From the NCBI GenBank assembly GCA_965242865.1, contig CBDETK010000013.1, positions 960,001 to 1,024,000 on the forward strand: a stretch of DNA of 64,000 nt. Reading direction: 5' to 3'. A program made the translations under genes and the position numbers. The notes below the pieces were generated by a model that saw only the letters and a list, made by a program, of their open reading frames with translations, was not told the origin of the DNA and searched no databases. Positions 33,474-43,548 of this stretch are shown in pieces; within the stretch, counting starts at the first letter, position 1; each line of letters begins with the position of its first letter. The stretch comes from Candidatus Latescibacterota bacterium (GTDB taxonomy: Bacteria > Latescibacterota > UBA2968 > UBA8231).

Positions 33474-34684
33474 ACGAGTCGATCCATCCCTATTTGGACC
33501 ACCTCCAGCGCCGCGCCTTGGCCGTGGGCTTGGTCGGTTTGGTCGCTGCGGCGGCCGGCTACTTCACCGCCGAGGAGCAGTTCTTCCGCTCTTATCTGCT
33601 GGCCTTTACCTTCTGGATCGGCCTGCCCTTGGGCAGCATGGGCATCCTCATGATCCACCACGTCGGCGGTGGCACGTGGGGATTTGCGATCCGGCGGCTG
33701 CTCGAGGCCGGGACCCGCACCTTGCCGCTGCTGTTTCTGCTCGTGTTGCCCATCCTCTTCTTCGGCCTGCACGACCTCTACGAGTGGACTCACCAGAGCG
33801 TCGTGCAAAAAGACGCCATCCTCCAAAAGAAGGTCCCTTATCTCAACGAGCCTTTCTTTATTATTCGCACCGTGCTCTACTTCGCCATCTGGGGGTTGTT
33901 CGCCTTCCTGCTCAACCGCTGGTCGCAGCAGCAGGATCAGACGACGGCCACGCATCCGACCCACCGCTTGCAGCTTTTGAGCGGCCCGGGCATCGTCGTG
34001 TTCTTTCTCACCGCGACGCTGGCCTCTATGGACTGGCTCATGTCGCTCGAGCCGCATTGGTTCTCGACGATCTTTGGCATCATCTACATCGTGGGCATGG
34101 GGCTGATGGCCTGGGGCTTCGCATTCCTCCTCGCGGTTCCCCTCGCCCGCCGCGCGCCGCTGCAGGGCGTAATCACCGAGCAGCATCTGCGCGACTTGGG
34201 CACCTTTATGCTGGCCTGCGTCATGCTCTGGGCCTATACCTCGTTTTCCCAGTTGCTCATCATCTGGTCGGCCAACCTGCCCGAGGAAATCACTTGGTAC
34301 ATGACCCGCTTGGAGGGCGGCTGGCAATACGTCGCCTACGGGCTGCTGGTGTTTCACTTTGCCGTTCCCTTTCTGTTTCTCATATCCAGCACCATGAAGT
34401 CCAAAACCAAGCTGCTCGCCGCCCTTGCCGCGGGCTTGATCTTCATGCGCTGGGTCGATTTGTACTGGATCACGGCCCCGACCTTCACCAAGGTCCACGC
34501 CGAGCACGGCCCGAGTTTCCACAGCACCGGGCTTACCCTGCACTGGCTCGACCTAGTCATTTCAATAGGCATCGGCGGCATCGTGGTTGCGTTTTTCTTG
34601 GCGCAACTCAAAAAGCGCGCCCTGATCGCGCAAAACGATCCCCGCTTTGCAGACCTCTACCGCGGCGGAGGCAATCATGGCTGA
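33470..34684 (+). CDS. actF: alternative complex III membrane subunit F
   Basis: LYEWT, DWLMSLEPHWFST, FSQLLIIWSANLPEE. Confidence 0.9.
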   Translation: MNESIHPYLDHLQRRALAVGLVGLVAAAAGYFTAEEQFFRSYLLAFTFWIGLPLGSMGILMIHHVGGGTWGFAIRRLLEAGTRTLPLLFLLVLPILFFGLHDLYEWTHQSVVQKDAILQKKVPYLNEPFFIIRTVLYFAIWGLFAFLLNRWSQQQDQTTATHPTHRLQLLSGPGIVVFFLTATLASMDWLMSLEPHWFSTIFGIIYIVGMGLMAWGFAFLLAVPLARRAPLQGVITEQHLRDLGTFMLACVMLWAYTSFSQLLIIWSANLPEEITWYMTRLEGGWQYVAYGLLVFHFAVPFLFLISSTMKSKTKLLAALAAGLIFMRWVDLYWITAPTFTKVHAEHGPSFHSTGLTLHWLDLVISIGIGGIVVAFFLAQLKKRALIAQNDPRFADLYRGGGNHG

Positions 34685-35069
34685 ACAAGCACCCCAATCC
34701 ACCAACGCCGGCTACGAGACGACCGATGCGCGGATAACGCCCTTGGCCCAGACCGGCCTCTTCATCACCGCGTTAGTCATCGCTTCCTTTGTCGGCATGC
34801 TCGTCTTATTCAGGGTTCTCGCCTATAACCAAGAGCGCTACGACGACCCGGTGCCGCCGCTCGTCGCCACCCGCATTGCCAGCGATGCGCCGCGGCTGCA
34901 GGTGGACCCGCCCAAGCAAAAGGGAGAGTTGGCCCAAAGCGAAGCCGCGCTCCTCAACTCCTACGGCTGGATCGACCCCCAAGTGCAGGTAGTACACATT
35001 CCCATCGAGCGAGCCATGGATCTGGTGAGCGAGGGCCAAATGCCGCTCATCGCGCCGGCGGCCCCATGA
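34677..35069 (+). CDS. actG: alternative complex III small subunit (ActG-like)
   Basis: GYETTD, one TM, PRLQ, YGWID, IPIERAM; operon position. Confidence 0.7.
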   Translation: MAEQAPQSTNAGYETTDARITPLAQTGLFITALVIASFVGMLVLFRVLAYNQERYDDPVPPLVATRIASDAPRLQVDPPKQKGELAQSEAALLNSYGWIDPQVQVVHIPIERAMDLVSEGQMPLIAPAAP

Positions 35070-35908
35070 GCAACCCCGCGACGACATGCTGCCGTCGGGC
35101 GATCTTCCTCTTCGCCTGGGTCCTGCCGCTGCTACTAGCCGGCCCAACCGGAGCGCAGAGCTATACCCAACAGTTGCAAGAACGCATCGGCATCGACCAA
35201 AAATTGGGCGACTCAATCCCCTTGGACCTCAAATTCACCGACTCCAGCGGCGAGCGCGTCTCCCTGCGCCAATACTTCGGCCAAAAGCCCATCGTACTTA
35301 CTCTAGTGTACTACGAATGCCCCATGCTCTGCACCCAAGTACTCAATAGCCTCTTGCGGGCAATGAACGTGCTGAGTTTTGGCATGGGCACGGATTTCGA
35401 TGTGTTGACCATCAGCGTCGACCCGGGCGAAACGCCAGAGTTAGCCGCGGCCAAAAAGGCCGAATACAGCAAAAACTACCGCGGCCGCGCTGGTTCTACG
35501 GGCTGGCATTTCCTCACTGGCGAGGAACACGCGATCGAGCAGCTAGCCGCGGCCGTCGGCTTTCGCTACCTATACGACGAAGACACGGATCAGTACATTC
35601 ACGCCAGCGGCTTGATGGTGCTGACGCCCGCAGGCAAACTGGCCCGTTATTTCTACGGCATCGACTATCCCCCGCGCGACTTGCGCTGGGGCCTCGTCGA
35701 AGCAGCCGACGGCGCCATTGGCAATCCGGTCGATCAGCTGCTCCTGCTCTGCTACAGCTACGACCCAATGACCGGCAAATACGGTCTTTACATCCGCAAT
35801 TCCCTGCGCATCGGTGGGCTGATTACCGTGCTGGTGCTCGCGGCCTTTATCATCGCGATGCTCAAGCGGGAGCGCCGCAACGATTTGCACCAGCCTCAGC
35901 TCAACTAG
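35066..35908 (+). CDS. SCO family copper chaperone
   Basis: YYECPMLC, GWHFLTG, YIHASG. Confidence 0.9.
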   Translation: MSNPATTCCRRAIFLFAWVLPLLLAGPTGAQSYTQQLQERIGIDQKLGDSIPLDLKFTDSSGERVSLRQYFGQKPIVLTLVYYECPMLCTQVLNSLLRAMNVLSFGMGTDFDVLTISVDPGETPELAAAKKAEYSKNYRGRAGSTGWHFLTGEEHAIEQLAAAVGFRYLYDEDTDQYIHASGLMVLTPAGKLARYFYGIDYPPRDLRWGLVEAADGAIGNPVDQLLLLCYSYDPMTGKYGLYIRNSLRIGGLITVLVLAAFIIAMLKRERRNDLHQPQLN

Positions 35909-35926
35909 TTCGGAGCCTTAAACCGC

Positions 35927-36862
35927 ATGTCCGACTTTCCACTGTTTCCCGCCCAAGCCTCCACCGTCGCCTGGCAGGTAGATGCCCTGTACGCCTTCTT
36001 GCTCGCCTTGACTGTCCTGTTCTGCCTGCTCGTGTTCGGCATGGTACTCGTCTTTGCCATCAAGTACCGCCGCCGCTCGGACGACGAACAGCCCGAGCAA
36101 AACCACGGCAACCTCGTCCTCGAATTGTCTTGGACCATCATTCCGCTCTTTCTCGCGCTTTTCGTCTTTTTGCTCGGGGCCGACGTGTTCTTCCGGCTCC
36201 AGCGACCGCCGGCAGACCCCTTGGAGATCTATGTGGTCGGCAAGCAGTGGATGTGGAAAATCCAGCACGAATCGGGCAAGCGAGAAATCAATACCCTCCA
36301 CGTGCCCAAGGGCCAGCCCGTCCGCTTGACCATGACTTCGGAGGACGTCATCCACGACTTTTTCATCCCGGCCTTCCGGGTCAAAAACGACGTGTTGCCC
36401 GGGCGCTACACCACCCTGTGGTTCGAGGCCACCCAGACCGGCGAATTCCACTTGTTTTGCGCCGAGTATTGCGGCACCCAGCACTCGGGTATGATCGGCA
36501 AGGTGATCGTCTTAGAGCCAGCCGATTACCACGACTGGCTGATGGGCGCGTCCAGCGGCGAATCCATGGTCGAGGCCGGCCAGCGCCAGTTTCAGCAACT
36601 CGGCTGCGAGACCTGCCACAAATCCACGGCCACGGGGCGCGGCCCGTCGCTGGTCGGGCTGTACGACGAGCCGGTAACGCTCAACAACGGGCAGGAGATC
36701 GTCGTCGATAGCGACTACATCCGCGAGTCCATCCTCCAGCCCACGGCCAAAATAGTCGCCGGGTACGAGCCGATTATGCCGGTGTTTGAGGGGCAGATCA
36801 GCGAGCAATCGCTCCTGCAAATCGCGTCCTACATCAAATCCCTGAGTGAGTCCGCAGAGTGA
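35927..36862 (+). CDS. coxB: cytochrome c oxidase subunit II with fused cytochrome c (caa3 type)
   Basis: KQWMW, DVIH, Cu[18 protein letters not shown]. Confidence 0.95.
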   Translation: MSDFPLFPAQASTVAWQVDALYAFLLALTVLFCLLVFGMVLVFAIKYRRRSDDEQPEQNHGNLVLELSWTIIPLFLALFVFLLGADVFFRLQRPPADPLEIYVVGKQWMWKIQHESGKREINTLHVPKGQPVRLTMTSEDVIHDFFIPAFRVKNDVLPGRYTTLWFEATQTGEFHLFCAEYCGTQHSGMIGKVIVLEPADYHDWLMGASSGESMVEAGQRQFQQLGCETCHKSTATGRGPSLVGLYDEPVTLNNGQEIVVDSDYIRESILQPTAKIVAGYEPIMPVFEGQISEQSLLQIASYIKSLSESAE

Positions 36863-36875
36863 GGTCATTCGAGCC

Positions 36876-38543
36876 ATGAGCCACGCAGTGAGCGCCAACG
36901 GCGAGCCGAGAAACTATCTCAACGAAACCTACGGGATCAAATCTTGGCTCCTGACCCTAGATCACAAGCGCATCGGTATCCTCTACTTGATAACGATGGC
37001 GATCTTCTTCTTGGCCGGCAGCCTTTTCGCCAGTGTAATTCGCTTTGAGCTGATGACGCCCCAAGGCGACTTGGTCGAGGCCGAGACCTACAACAAGCTC
37101 TTCACCATGCACGGCGTGGTGATGATTTTCTTCTTTCTCATCCCCTCCATTCCAGCGGCCCTCGGCAACTTTCTCATCCCCCTGCAGATCGGCGCTCGGG
37201 ACGTAGCCTTCCCCCGCCTGAATCTCCTCAGCTACTATCTCTACACGGCCGGGGGGCTGTTCGCCGTGCTGGCCATCATCATGGGGGGCATTGACACGGG
37301 TTGGACCTTTTACACGCCGTACAGCAGCACGTACGCCACTTCGTTTGTCTCGTTGGCCCTAGTCGGCGTTTTCATCAATGGCTTCTCTTCGATCCTCACC
37401 GGGGTCAACTTCATGGTCACCATCCACAAGATGCGGGCCCCGGGCATGACGTGGTTCCGCTTGCCGCTCTTTATTTGGGGGCACTACGCGACCAGCTTGA
37501 TCCAGGTCCTCGGCACCCCGGTGGTGGCCATCACCTTGTTGCTGGTCTGCTTCGAGCGCATCTTCAAGATCGGCATTTTCGACCCCAATTACGGCGGCGA
37601 CCCCGTGCTCTTCCAGCACATGTTCTGGTTTTACTCGCATCCGGCCGTATATATCATGATCCTGCCGGGCTTTGCCGTCATCAGCGAAGTGGTCGCGTGC
37701 TTCTCGCGCAAGCGGGTATTCGGCTATTCATTCGTGGCCTTTTCTTCGTTGGCCATCGCCATCCTCGGCTTTCTCGTCTGGGGCCACCACATGTTCGTAT
37801 CGGGCCAATCCACCTACGCCAGCATGGTCTTTTCCTTTATAACCTTTTTCGTGGCCGTGCCCTCGGCGATCAAAATTTTCAACTGGTCTTTCACCCTCCA
37901 CAAAGGCTCGGTGCAGCTCGACTCGCCCATGCTCTACGTGATGGGCTTTATCGGCTTGTTCACCATCGGCGGCCTGACCGGCCTATTCCTTTCTACCTTG
38001 GGCACGGACGTCCATCTCCACGACACCTATTTCGTGGTCGCTCACTTTCACTATGTCATGGTGGGCGGCATGGTCATGGCGTTTCTCTGCGGCCTGCATT
38101 TTTGGTGGCCCAAAATGACCGGGCGCATGTACCCAGAAGGGGCGGCCAAGCTCGGCGTCATGTTCGTCTTCGCCGGGTTCAACTTGACCTTCTTTCCCCA
38201 ATTTGTCTTGGGGTACTTGGGCATGCCGCGGCGCTATCACGCTTACCCCGAGGAATGGCAAGCCCTCAACATCATGTCCACCGCCGGGGCCACCGTCCTC
38301 GGGCTGGGCTTTTCCCTGACCATCGTCTATCTGCTCTGGTCCTTGTTCAAGGGCCGGAAGGCCCCGGCCAACCCGTTCCAAGCCAAGGGCCTCGAATGGG
38401 ATATTCCCTCGCCGCCCACAGCCCACAACTTTGAAGCCATCCCGATCGTCACTTGGGAAGCCTATCCCTACGGCGAGGAGGAACCTGCGGCCCCAACCCG
38501 TGAGGCCGTACCTGAACGCGCTAAGGAGGACGAAGTTGTCTGA
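36876..38543 (+). CDS. coxA: cytochrome c oxidase subunit I, A2 type
   Basis: [19 protein letters not shown] (YS motif), WGHHM, AHFHY. Confidence 0.96.
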   Translation: MSHAVSANGEPRNYLNETYGIKSWLLTLDHKRIGILYLITMAIFFLAGSLFASVIRFELMTPQGDLVEAETYNKLFTMHGVVMIFFFLIPSIPAALGNFLIPLQIGARDVAFPRLNLLSYYLYTAGGLFAVLAIIMGGIDTGWTFYTPYSSTYATSFVSLALVGVFINGFSSILTGVNFMVTIHKMRAPGMTWFRLPLFIWGHYATSLIQVLGTPVVAITLLLVCFERIFKIGIFDPNYGGDPVLFQHMFWFYSHPAVYIMILPGFAVISEVVACFSRKRVFGYSFVAFSSLAIAILGFLVWGHHMFVSGQSTYASMVFSFITFFVAVPSAIKIFNWSFTLHKGSVQLDSPMLYVMGFIGLFTIGGLTGLFLSTLGTDVHLHDTYFVVAHFHYVMVGGMVMAFLCGLHFWWPKMTGRMYPEGAAKLGVMFVFAGFNLTFFPQFVLGYLGMPRRYHAYPEEWQALNIMSTAGATVLGLGFSLTIVYLLWSLFKGRKAPANPFQAKGLEWDIPSPPTAHNFEAIPIVTWEAYPYGEEEPAAPTREAVPERAKEDEVV

Positions 38544-39204
38544 GCACGCACACAGCGCCCACCATCTACACCAGTTCGAGACCGCGCAGCAGCAATACGA
38601 GGCCGCCAGCCTCGGCATGTGGGCGTTCATCATCCAAGAAATCTTGTTCTTCGGAGGGTTGTTCGGCGCGTACACCGTGTATCGCAACACCTATATCGAA
38701 GCCTTTACGGCCGGCTCGCATCACCTCGACATCTTCTGGGGCACCTTCAATACCATCGTGCTGATCGCCAGCAGCCTAACTATGGCACTCGCCGTCCGCG
38801 CCGCCCAGACCAACGCCGGGCGCAACGCGATTACCGGGTGGCTCGTCGCCACGATCGTTCTCGGCTGCGCCTTCTTGGGCGTCAAGTACATCGAGTACAG
38901 CCACAAGTGGCTCGATAACCTCATTCCGGGCAGCATGTTCCAGTGGAACGACCCGGCCTTCCCCGCGGTCTCGCTCGGCAACGCCAAAATTTTCTTCTCG
39001 TTTTACTTCGTGATGACCGGGATGCACGCCTTGCACATGGTCATTGGCGTCGGCATCATGCTGTGGATGGTCGTCAAGGTCCGGCGCAACGAGATTTCGG
39101 CTCAGTACTTCACGCCGATTGAAATCAGCGGCCTCTACTGGCACTTCGTAGATATCGTGTGGATTTTCCTCTTCCCCCTGCTCTATCTGATCGGACGCCA
39201 CTAA
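38536..39204 (+). CDS. coxC: cytochrome c oxidase subunit III
   Basis: [34 protein letters not shown]. Confidence 0.93.
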   Translation: MSEHAHSAHHLHQFETAQQQYEAASLGMWAFIIQEILFFGGLFGAYTVYRNTYIEAFTAGSHHLDIFWGTFNTIVLIASSLTMALAVRAAQTNAGRNAITGWLVATIVLGCAFLGVKYIEYSHKWLDNLIPGSMFQWNDPAFPAVSLGNAKIFFSFYFVMTGMHALHMVIGVGIMLWMVVKVRRNEISAQYFTPIEISGLYWHFVDIVWIFLFPLLYLIGRH

Positions 39205-39533
39205 TGTCTGAACATCACGTCGTCCCGCTCAAGATCTACTTTCTGATCTTCTTCGCCCTGATGATTGGCACCGTCCTCACGGTCGCGGCCGCCTTCGTCG
39301 ATATGGGCTTTTTGAATACGCCGGTCGCCCTGATCATCGCCTTAGTCAAGGCATCGCTGGTCATTTTGTTCTTCATGCACGTAAAATACAGCCCCAAGCT
39401 GGTCGGGCTGTTTGCCGTGGCCGGCTTCTTCTGGCTGTGCATCCTACTGGCCTTGACCATGCAGGACTACTACACGCGCGGCTGGGGCGAGGAAGCCCCG
39501 GTGGAGTTTTTGCAGGAAGGGTCGTTCTTCTAA
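39204..39533 (+). CDS. coxD: cytochrome c oxidase subunit IV (caa3-type)
   Basis: KASLVILFFMHVKY, QDYYTR; three TM helices. Confidence 0.88.
   Translation: MSEHHVVPLKIYFLIFFALMIGTVLTVAAAFVDMGFLNTPVALIIALVKASLVILFFMHVKYSPKLVGLFAVAGFFWLCILLALTMQDYYTRGWGEEAPVEFLQEGSFF
39415..39533 (+). repeat. copy 1 of ~100-bp imperfect direct repeat (coxD 3' end)
   Basis: Matches 40354-40456. Confidence 0.9.
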
Positions 39534-39647
39534 ATCCGCGTCGGTCCTTATCGAGGCTTGTCGAGTTGTCGCTAGCGAGAGACCTTCGTACCTTGAATTG
39601 CGTCCTCGCGGTCAGCGGCGTCCCGCTCAATCCCAAGACTGGCAAGC

Positions 39648-39989
39648 ATGGTTGACCCAAAAGACATTCAGGCGACCTGTGAAGACATAGCCCGAGAATT
39701 TGCCCCCCTGAAAATTATTCTCTTTGGTTCCTATGCTTACGGCACCCCCACGGAAGACTCGGATGTCGATTTATGCGTGGTCATGGCGATCCCTGAAGCG
39801 CAGACCCGTCGCCAAGCCGTGGCGATTCGGCAGCGTATTCCTCGCCGCTTCCGCCTGGATTTGCTCGTCCGTTCCCCCGAAGAAATTGCTCACCGAGTCT
39901 CGCATAACGACTGGTTTCTTCGAGAAATTACGCAAAAAGGGCAAGTACTGTATGAATCCGTTGACGCTGGAATGGGCGCAAAAGGCTGA
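39648..39989 (+). CDS. minimal nucleotidyltransferase (MNT) antitoxin-like
   Basis: IILFGSYAYG..DSDVDL. Confidence 0.88.
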   Translation: MVDPKDIQATCEDIAREFAPLKIILFGSYAYGTPTEDSDVDLCVVMAIPEAQTRRQAVAIRQRIPRRFRLDLLVRSPEEIAHRVSHNDWFLREITQKGQVLYESVDAGMGAKG

Positions 39990-40335
39990 GGGAGATTATG
40001 CTTCGGCTCTATGGCTTCAGCAGGCACCAAATCCGACACATGATGCCATCTGCTTCCACGCCCAGCAGTGTATCGAAAAGTATCTAAAGGCTTGGCTTCA
40101 AGAAGCAAACCTTCCCTTTCCGAGGAGTCACGATCTGGAAGAATTGCTGGATCTGATTGTGCAAACTATACCAGATTGGAACTCTTGGCAGGCAGATTTT
40201 CAGGTGCTTACCACACATGCAGTAGATTTTCGCTATCCAGGAAAATCAGCAACGGCCAGCGATACTCTTCATGCCATGCAAATCTGCGATCAGGTTCGCC
40301 GCTCTATTCGCGCTAGTCTGGGACTACCAATATGA
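39952..40335 (+). CDS. HEPN domain protein
   Basis: CFHAQQCIEKYLKA, RSHDLEEL, FRYPG. Confidence 0.88.
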   Translation: MNPLTLEWAQKAEGDYASALWLQQAPNPTHDAICFHAQQCIEKYLKAWLQEANLPFPRSHDLEELLDLIVQTIPDWNSWQADFQVLTTHAVDFRYPGKSATASDTLHAMQICDQVRRSIRASLGLPI

Positions 40336-40353
40336 GTTCACCACCTGCTAAAC

Positions 40354-40456
40354 CCGTCGCTGGCTTCTTCTGGCTGTGCATCCTGCTGGCCTTGACCATG
40401 CGCGGCTGGGACGAGGAAGTGCCGGTGAAGTTTCTCAAGCAAGGGTCGTTTTTTAG
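40354..40456 (+). repeat. copy 2: diverged duplicate of coxD 3' end with a 15-bp in-frame deletion
   Basis: GGCTTCTTCTGGCTGTGCATCCT.CTGGCCTTGACCATG...CGCGGCTGGG.CGAGGAAG..CCGGTG.AGTTT...AAGGGTCGTT shared with copy 1. Confidence 0.9.
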
Positions 40457-40467
40457 AGAGGTGAGGG

Positions 40468-40542
40468 ATGTCAATTAAGCTGAAGAAAATCTGGCCAATC
40501 AAGAATGATACCGTAATCAAGCGAGAGAGCTATTGGAAGGAT
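40468..40542 (+). pseudogene. probable GIY-YIG nuclease gene remnant, left part (internally deleted)
   Basis: RBS + MSIKLKKIWPIKN joined to DTVIKRESYWKD; resembles, from recall, the N- and C-termini of a GIY-YIG family. Confidence 0.55.
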
Positions 40543-40954
40543 TTGGCTATATAGTGCGCGTAACAAGGCCAAATACAGCGTCTTTGTTTATGACCATAAT
40601 CTTACGGTTGAATACAGGGCGCTGCTTTTAGTAGAACTTCTACGCAACAAATAAGAGAGGGACGTTATGGAGCACTTACTACATATAGAAGTCGACAAGA
40701 ATGGATACGTCCATGTAGAGGGGGGAAGGCCTGGTATGCGTCGCAGCAGGGGCTATCCCATCTCTGGTTGAGGATGGCCTACTAAGCTCCTACCGCATCG
40801 TGCCCAACTACCGGGTTCGTCTTCAGCTCACAAAAAAAGGCGTAAAGCATTTCAAGAGCTGTTTTTGCCGATAGAATAACCCATCTTGTGGCCGGCCCGG
40901 TTCCGAAAATGTCGGGGCTGAGGGGCGGCCACACCACTCTTTGGAGGTTTTGTT

Positions 40955-41512
40955 ATGTTGCGTTATATCTCATATGTTTTGTTATTAGCAAGCTGTAAGA
41001 CAGGGTCAATAAAAACCTTTTACGAAAATAAACCGCCTGTTATAGATGCGAGTAATTATGAGGTTGTTCTGCCTTATAGGCTGGCTGATACTGCGGCATC
41101 TATTATAGGGGCGGCGCAGCTAATAGGAATTCATGGGTCCAAAGAAATTACTAATGAGGGTGAAAAGTTTTTTATTTTAGATGTGTCTGATGCAGGAAAG
41201 GAGGTTTTAATAGGTGGAGAGCGCTTAGCTGATTGCGGAAGAGAGGTCGCTGTCAAAAGGCAAACGATTTACACAAAGATAATAGGGGGAGGAAAGCGTT
41301 TTGTAGATTTAGAAACGGTATCAGAAAAGGATGTTTATGCTGATAATATGTCCTTTAGTGTATATGCACGTCAGCTTGATAAAGGCACTTTTATAAGAAT
41401 AGTGGTTTTATTTAATGCTTTATCTAAGCACGGTAAAAGTATAACATGTGTTTCTACCCACGTATTAGAAAATGCTCTTATAGACCTTATAAAAGAAGAG
41501 GGAATAAAATGA
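40955..41512 (+). CDS. hypothetical lipoprotein (AT-rich foreign DNA)
   Basis: GGAGG RBS, lipobox LLASC. Confidence 0.7.
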   Translation: MLRYISYVLLLASCKTGSIKTFYENKPPVIDASNYEVVLPYRLADTAASIIGAAQLIGIHGSKEITNEGEKFFILDVSDAGKEVLIGGERLADCGREVAVKRQTIYTKIIGGGKRFVDLETVSEKDVYADNMSFSVYARQLDKGTFIRIVVLFNALSKHGKSITCVSTHVLENALIDLIKEEGIK

Positions 41513-41880
41513 CGCCTCATTTTCTATCAGCCCTATTAGCCCTGCTACCAGTTCAAGAGCCCGATAATTGTGCCCCATATAAGCGTAGCTTATATGATAG
41601 CAATTCTCAGGCCCTCGAGGTAAGGATACTAACACAACAACCTCTCATATCATTTTATACTGGCCGTGTGTTCCATACAACAAGAAATACTGAGATAGAG
41701 CATATTGTGGCCGTCAAAGAGGCTCATATTTCGGGTTTATGTGCTCAGCCAAATAGTGTTAAAAAGGCTTTTGGAAAAGATTTATTAAATCTTACTCTGG
41801 CCGCTAAAGGCGTTAATATAGCCAAGTCAGATAAAGATGCAGCTCAATGGCGGCCGCCCAATCCGGGCGCCCATTGTTGA
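41509..41880 (+). pseudogene. truncated secreted DUF1524/HNH-like nuclease
   Basis: Signal peptide, EIEHIVAVKEA, NLTLA..VNIAKSDKDAAQWRPP; stops where the helical C-terminus would start. Confidence 0.65.
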
Positions 41881-41922
41881 GTTCTGTTGACACGGGGCGA
41901 GTACGGCCTCAATCAGAACTGA
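41881..41922 (+). pseudogene. probable GIY-YIG nuclease gene remnant, right part
   Basis: VLLTRGEYGLNQN-stop continues the ...ESYWKD frame left at 40542. Confidence 0.6.
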
Positions 41923-41955
41923 TAGCACTGGTCTGCAACATTCCCATCTCCACCC

Positions 41956-41990
41956 AAAAAGCCCAAGCCGCTTTACACGGCTTGGGCTTT
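41956..41990. terminator. bidirectional intrinsic terminator
   Basis: AAAAAGCCCAAGCCG-N7-CGGCTTGGGCTTT. Confidence 0.75.
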
Positions 41991-42011
41991 CGTCCTATAC
42001 GCTTCCCCACT

Positions 42012-42803
42012 CTACTCAGTCGCTCCAACCGCCTTGAGAAAGGCTACCGCCTCCTCGTAGCACTCCTTCTTTTTGCCACTCTCGAGCTGGAGACCTTGGA
42101 CAGCCCATGTCAAGGCCGTCTCGCCATCGTTATTACGGGCATTGACATTAACGTTGATATCCACCAAAAAGCGCACCACCGCTAAATGACCGCTAACGGC
42201 GGCCTTCATCAACGCGGTCCAGCCTCTTTCATCTTTGGCGTGTATATCGCCCCCCTTGGCAACCAAGAATTTCACGACCTCTAAATGGCCACCCCAAGCG
42301 GCCCGCATCAAGGCCGTCTCGCCCTCTTTATTTTTTATATGAATGTCGGCGTCGCGGTCGTCCACCAGAAAGCGTACCACTTCTAGATGGCCCTCCATAG
42401 CGGCCTTCATCAACGCGGTCCAGCCGGCGTTGTTTTGGGCATTGACATCAGCCCCGTGGGCCACTAAAAACTTTGCCACCGCTAAATGGCCGCCTTGGGC
42501 CGCCCACATCAAGGCCGTCCAACCATTCGCATCGCGGATGTGAATATCCGCCCCCTCGGCCACTAAAAAGCGCACCATCGCCAAATAGCCGTCTTGGGCC
42601 GCCCACATTAAGGATGTCGTATGTCGCGCCCCTTGCCCAATATAGGACTTGAGTAATGCCTGCACCGACATGTCTTGGTCCGCGGCGACCTGCTTGAGAG
42701 AATGGAGCACATCCTTGGGTATCTCTATGGATACCGTTTCCGTCGGACGAGGCCGGAACGCAAGCGCAAATTCTTCTTTCTGTTTGTTTTCAGGCGTCTT
42801 CAC
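42012..42803 (-). CDS. ankyrin-repeat protein with N-terminal CopG/RHH antitoxin-like segment
   Basis: RPRPTETVSIEIPKDVLHSLKQVAADQDMSVQALLKSYIGQG followed by ~6 G.TALM.AA..GHL.VV.FLV repeats. Confidence 0.85.
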   Translation of the reverse strand: MKTPENKQKEEFALAFRPRPTETVSIEIPKDVLHSLKQVAADQDMSVQALLKSYIGQGARHTTSLMWAAQDGYLAMVRFLVAEGADIHIRDANGWTALMWAAQGGHLAVAKFLVAHGADVNAQNNAGWTALMKAAMEGHLEVVRFLVDDRDADIHIKNKEGETALMRAAWGGHLEVVKFLVAKGGDIHAKDERGWTALMKAAVSGHLAVVRFLVDINVNVNARNNDGETALTWAVQGLQLESGKKKECYEEAVAFLKAVGATE

Positions 42804-43000
42804 AATAACTTCCTTTCATGGGCCGTTGCACGACGCGCAAATATGATGCGCGTCCAGTCGCCTCGCTTTACATAAACGACCAGCAAAATACGTTGCCGAA
42901 ACGAGTACCCAAGAACGAAATCCCATTGCTCGGCACCCGTGGATGCGTCACCTATTTGACAAAAACGATCGAAGAAGACTTCGGCGGCTTCTTCAAGCGT
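42800..43000 (-). pseudogene. BrnT (DUF497) toxin remnant, 5' end lost
   Basis: TLEEAAEVFFD...FVLGYSFRQRILLVVYVKRGDWTRIIFARRATAHERKLL; in-frame stop upstream, no start; GTGA overlap with next gene. Confidence 0.75.
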
Positions 43001-43020
43001 CCTTGTGCAGGAATTTTGAC

Positions 43021-43128
43021 TTACCCTTTATCTGTTCCATCTTCTTGTTCAAACTCTAACTCATCGAGAACGAGCATGTTCACACCCTTGACGCGTTTGA
43101 GTGCTTTATCGTTGGTTAAGAAAACCTG
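43021..43128 (-). pseudogene. PIN/VapC toxin C-terminal fragment
   Basis: QVFLTNDKALKRVKGVNMLVLDEL, like the 'FLTND..L.RV' end of PIN toxins. Confidence 0.55.
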
Positions 43129-43192
43129 AATGAATAGGCGGCACGATGCCCCCCGAATGATGTTTACGCCCGCGTGGCGCAAACGAAAACGA

Positions 43193-43459
43193 CTAAGAAA
43201 TTCCCTTTAAGTCCGCTGGCATGTCAAGAACCTGAACCACGTTATGCGTCCCAACCAAATACAAAGGGTTTCCAAAATCATCTTTACGCTCGTCAAAACG
43301 AATAACCTCGGTTATACACGCCTTAAAACTAAGCGTTGACCCGTCCGCGAGTTTTATTTTCGCAAACTGTTCGTTTGATTGAAGTATCCCAATCTTTTTT
43401 CCAGTTTTCGGATCCGGAACATCAGGCGCTTCCGACACTTCAGATACCATGTCCATCAC
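43193..43459 (-). CDS. hypothetical protein
   Basis: 88-aa ORF with RBS-like AAGGA, AT-rich segment. Confidence 0.55.
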   Translation of the reverse strand: MMDMVSEVSEAPDVPDPKTGKKIGILQSNEQFAKIKLADGSTLSFKACITEVIRFDERKDDFGNPLYLVGTHNVVQVLDMPADLKGIS

Positions 43460-43548
43460 TCAATCCTTTCTCGTTCCCACTAGCACACTTAACACAAAAA
43501 CTCAATCCTTTCTATTTAATTTATAACAAATACGCACAAAACACACAA

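Noticed and set aside
33467-34543. 358-aa antisense ORF and many similar shadow ORFs
   Set aside because: Expected opposite GC-rich genes; no motifs
40667-40874. Small ORF possibly frameshifted at a G-run (phase variation)
   Set aside because: No recognisable product in either frame; cannot be supported
40874-40957. Hairpin GTGGCCG...CGGCCAC between TAAC and GTTA as an integron attC site
   Set aside because: Poor RYYYAAC match, single instance, no integrase
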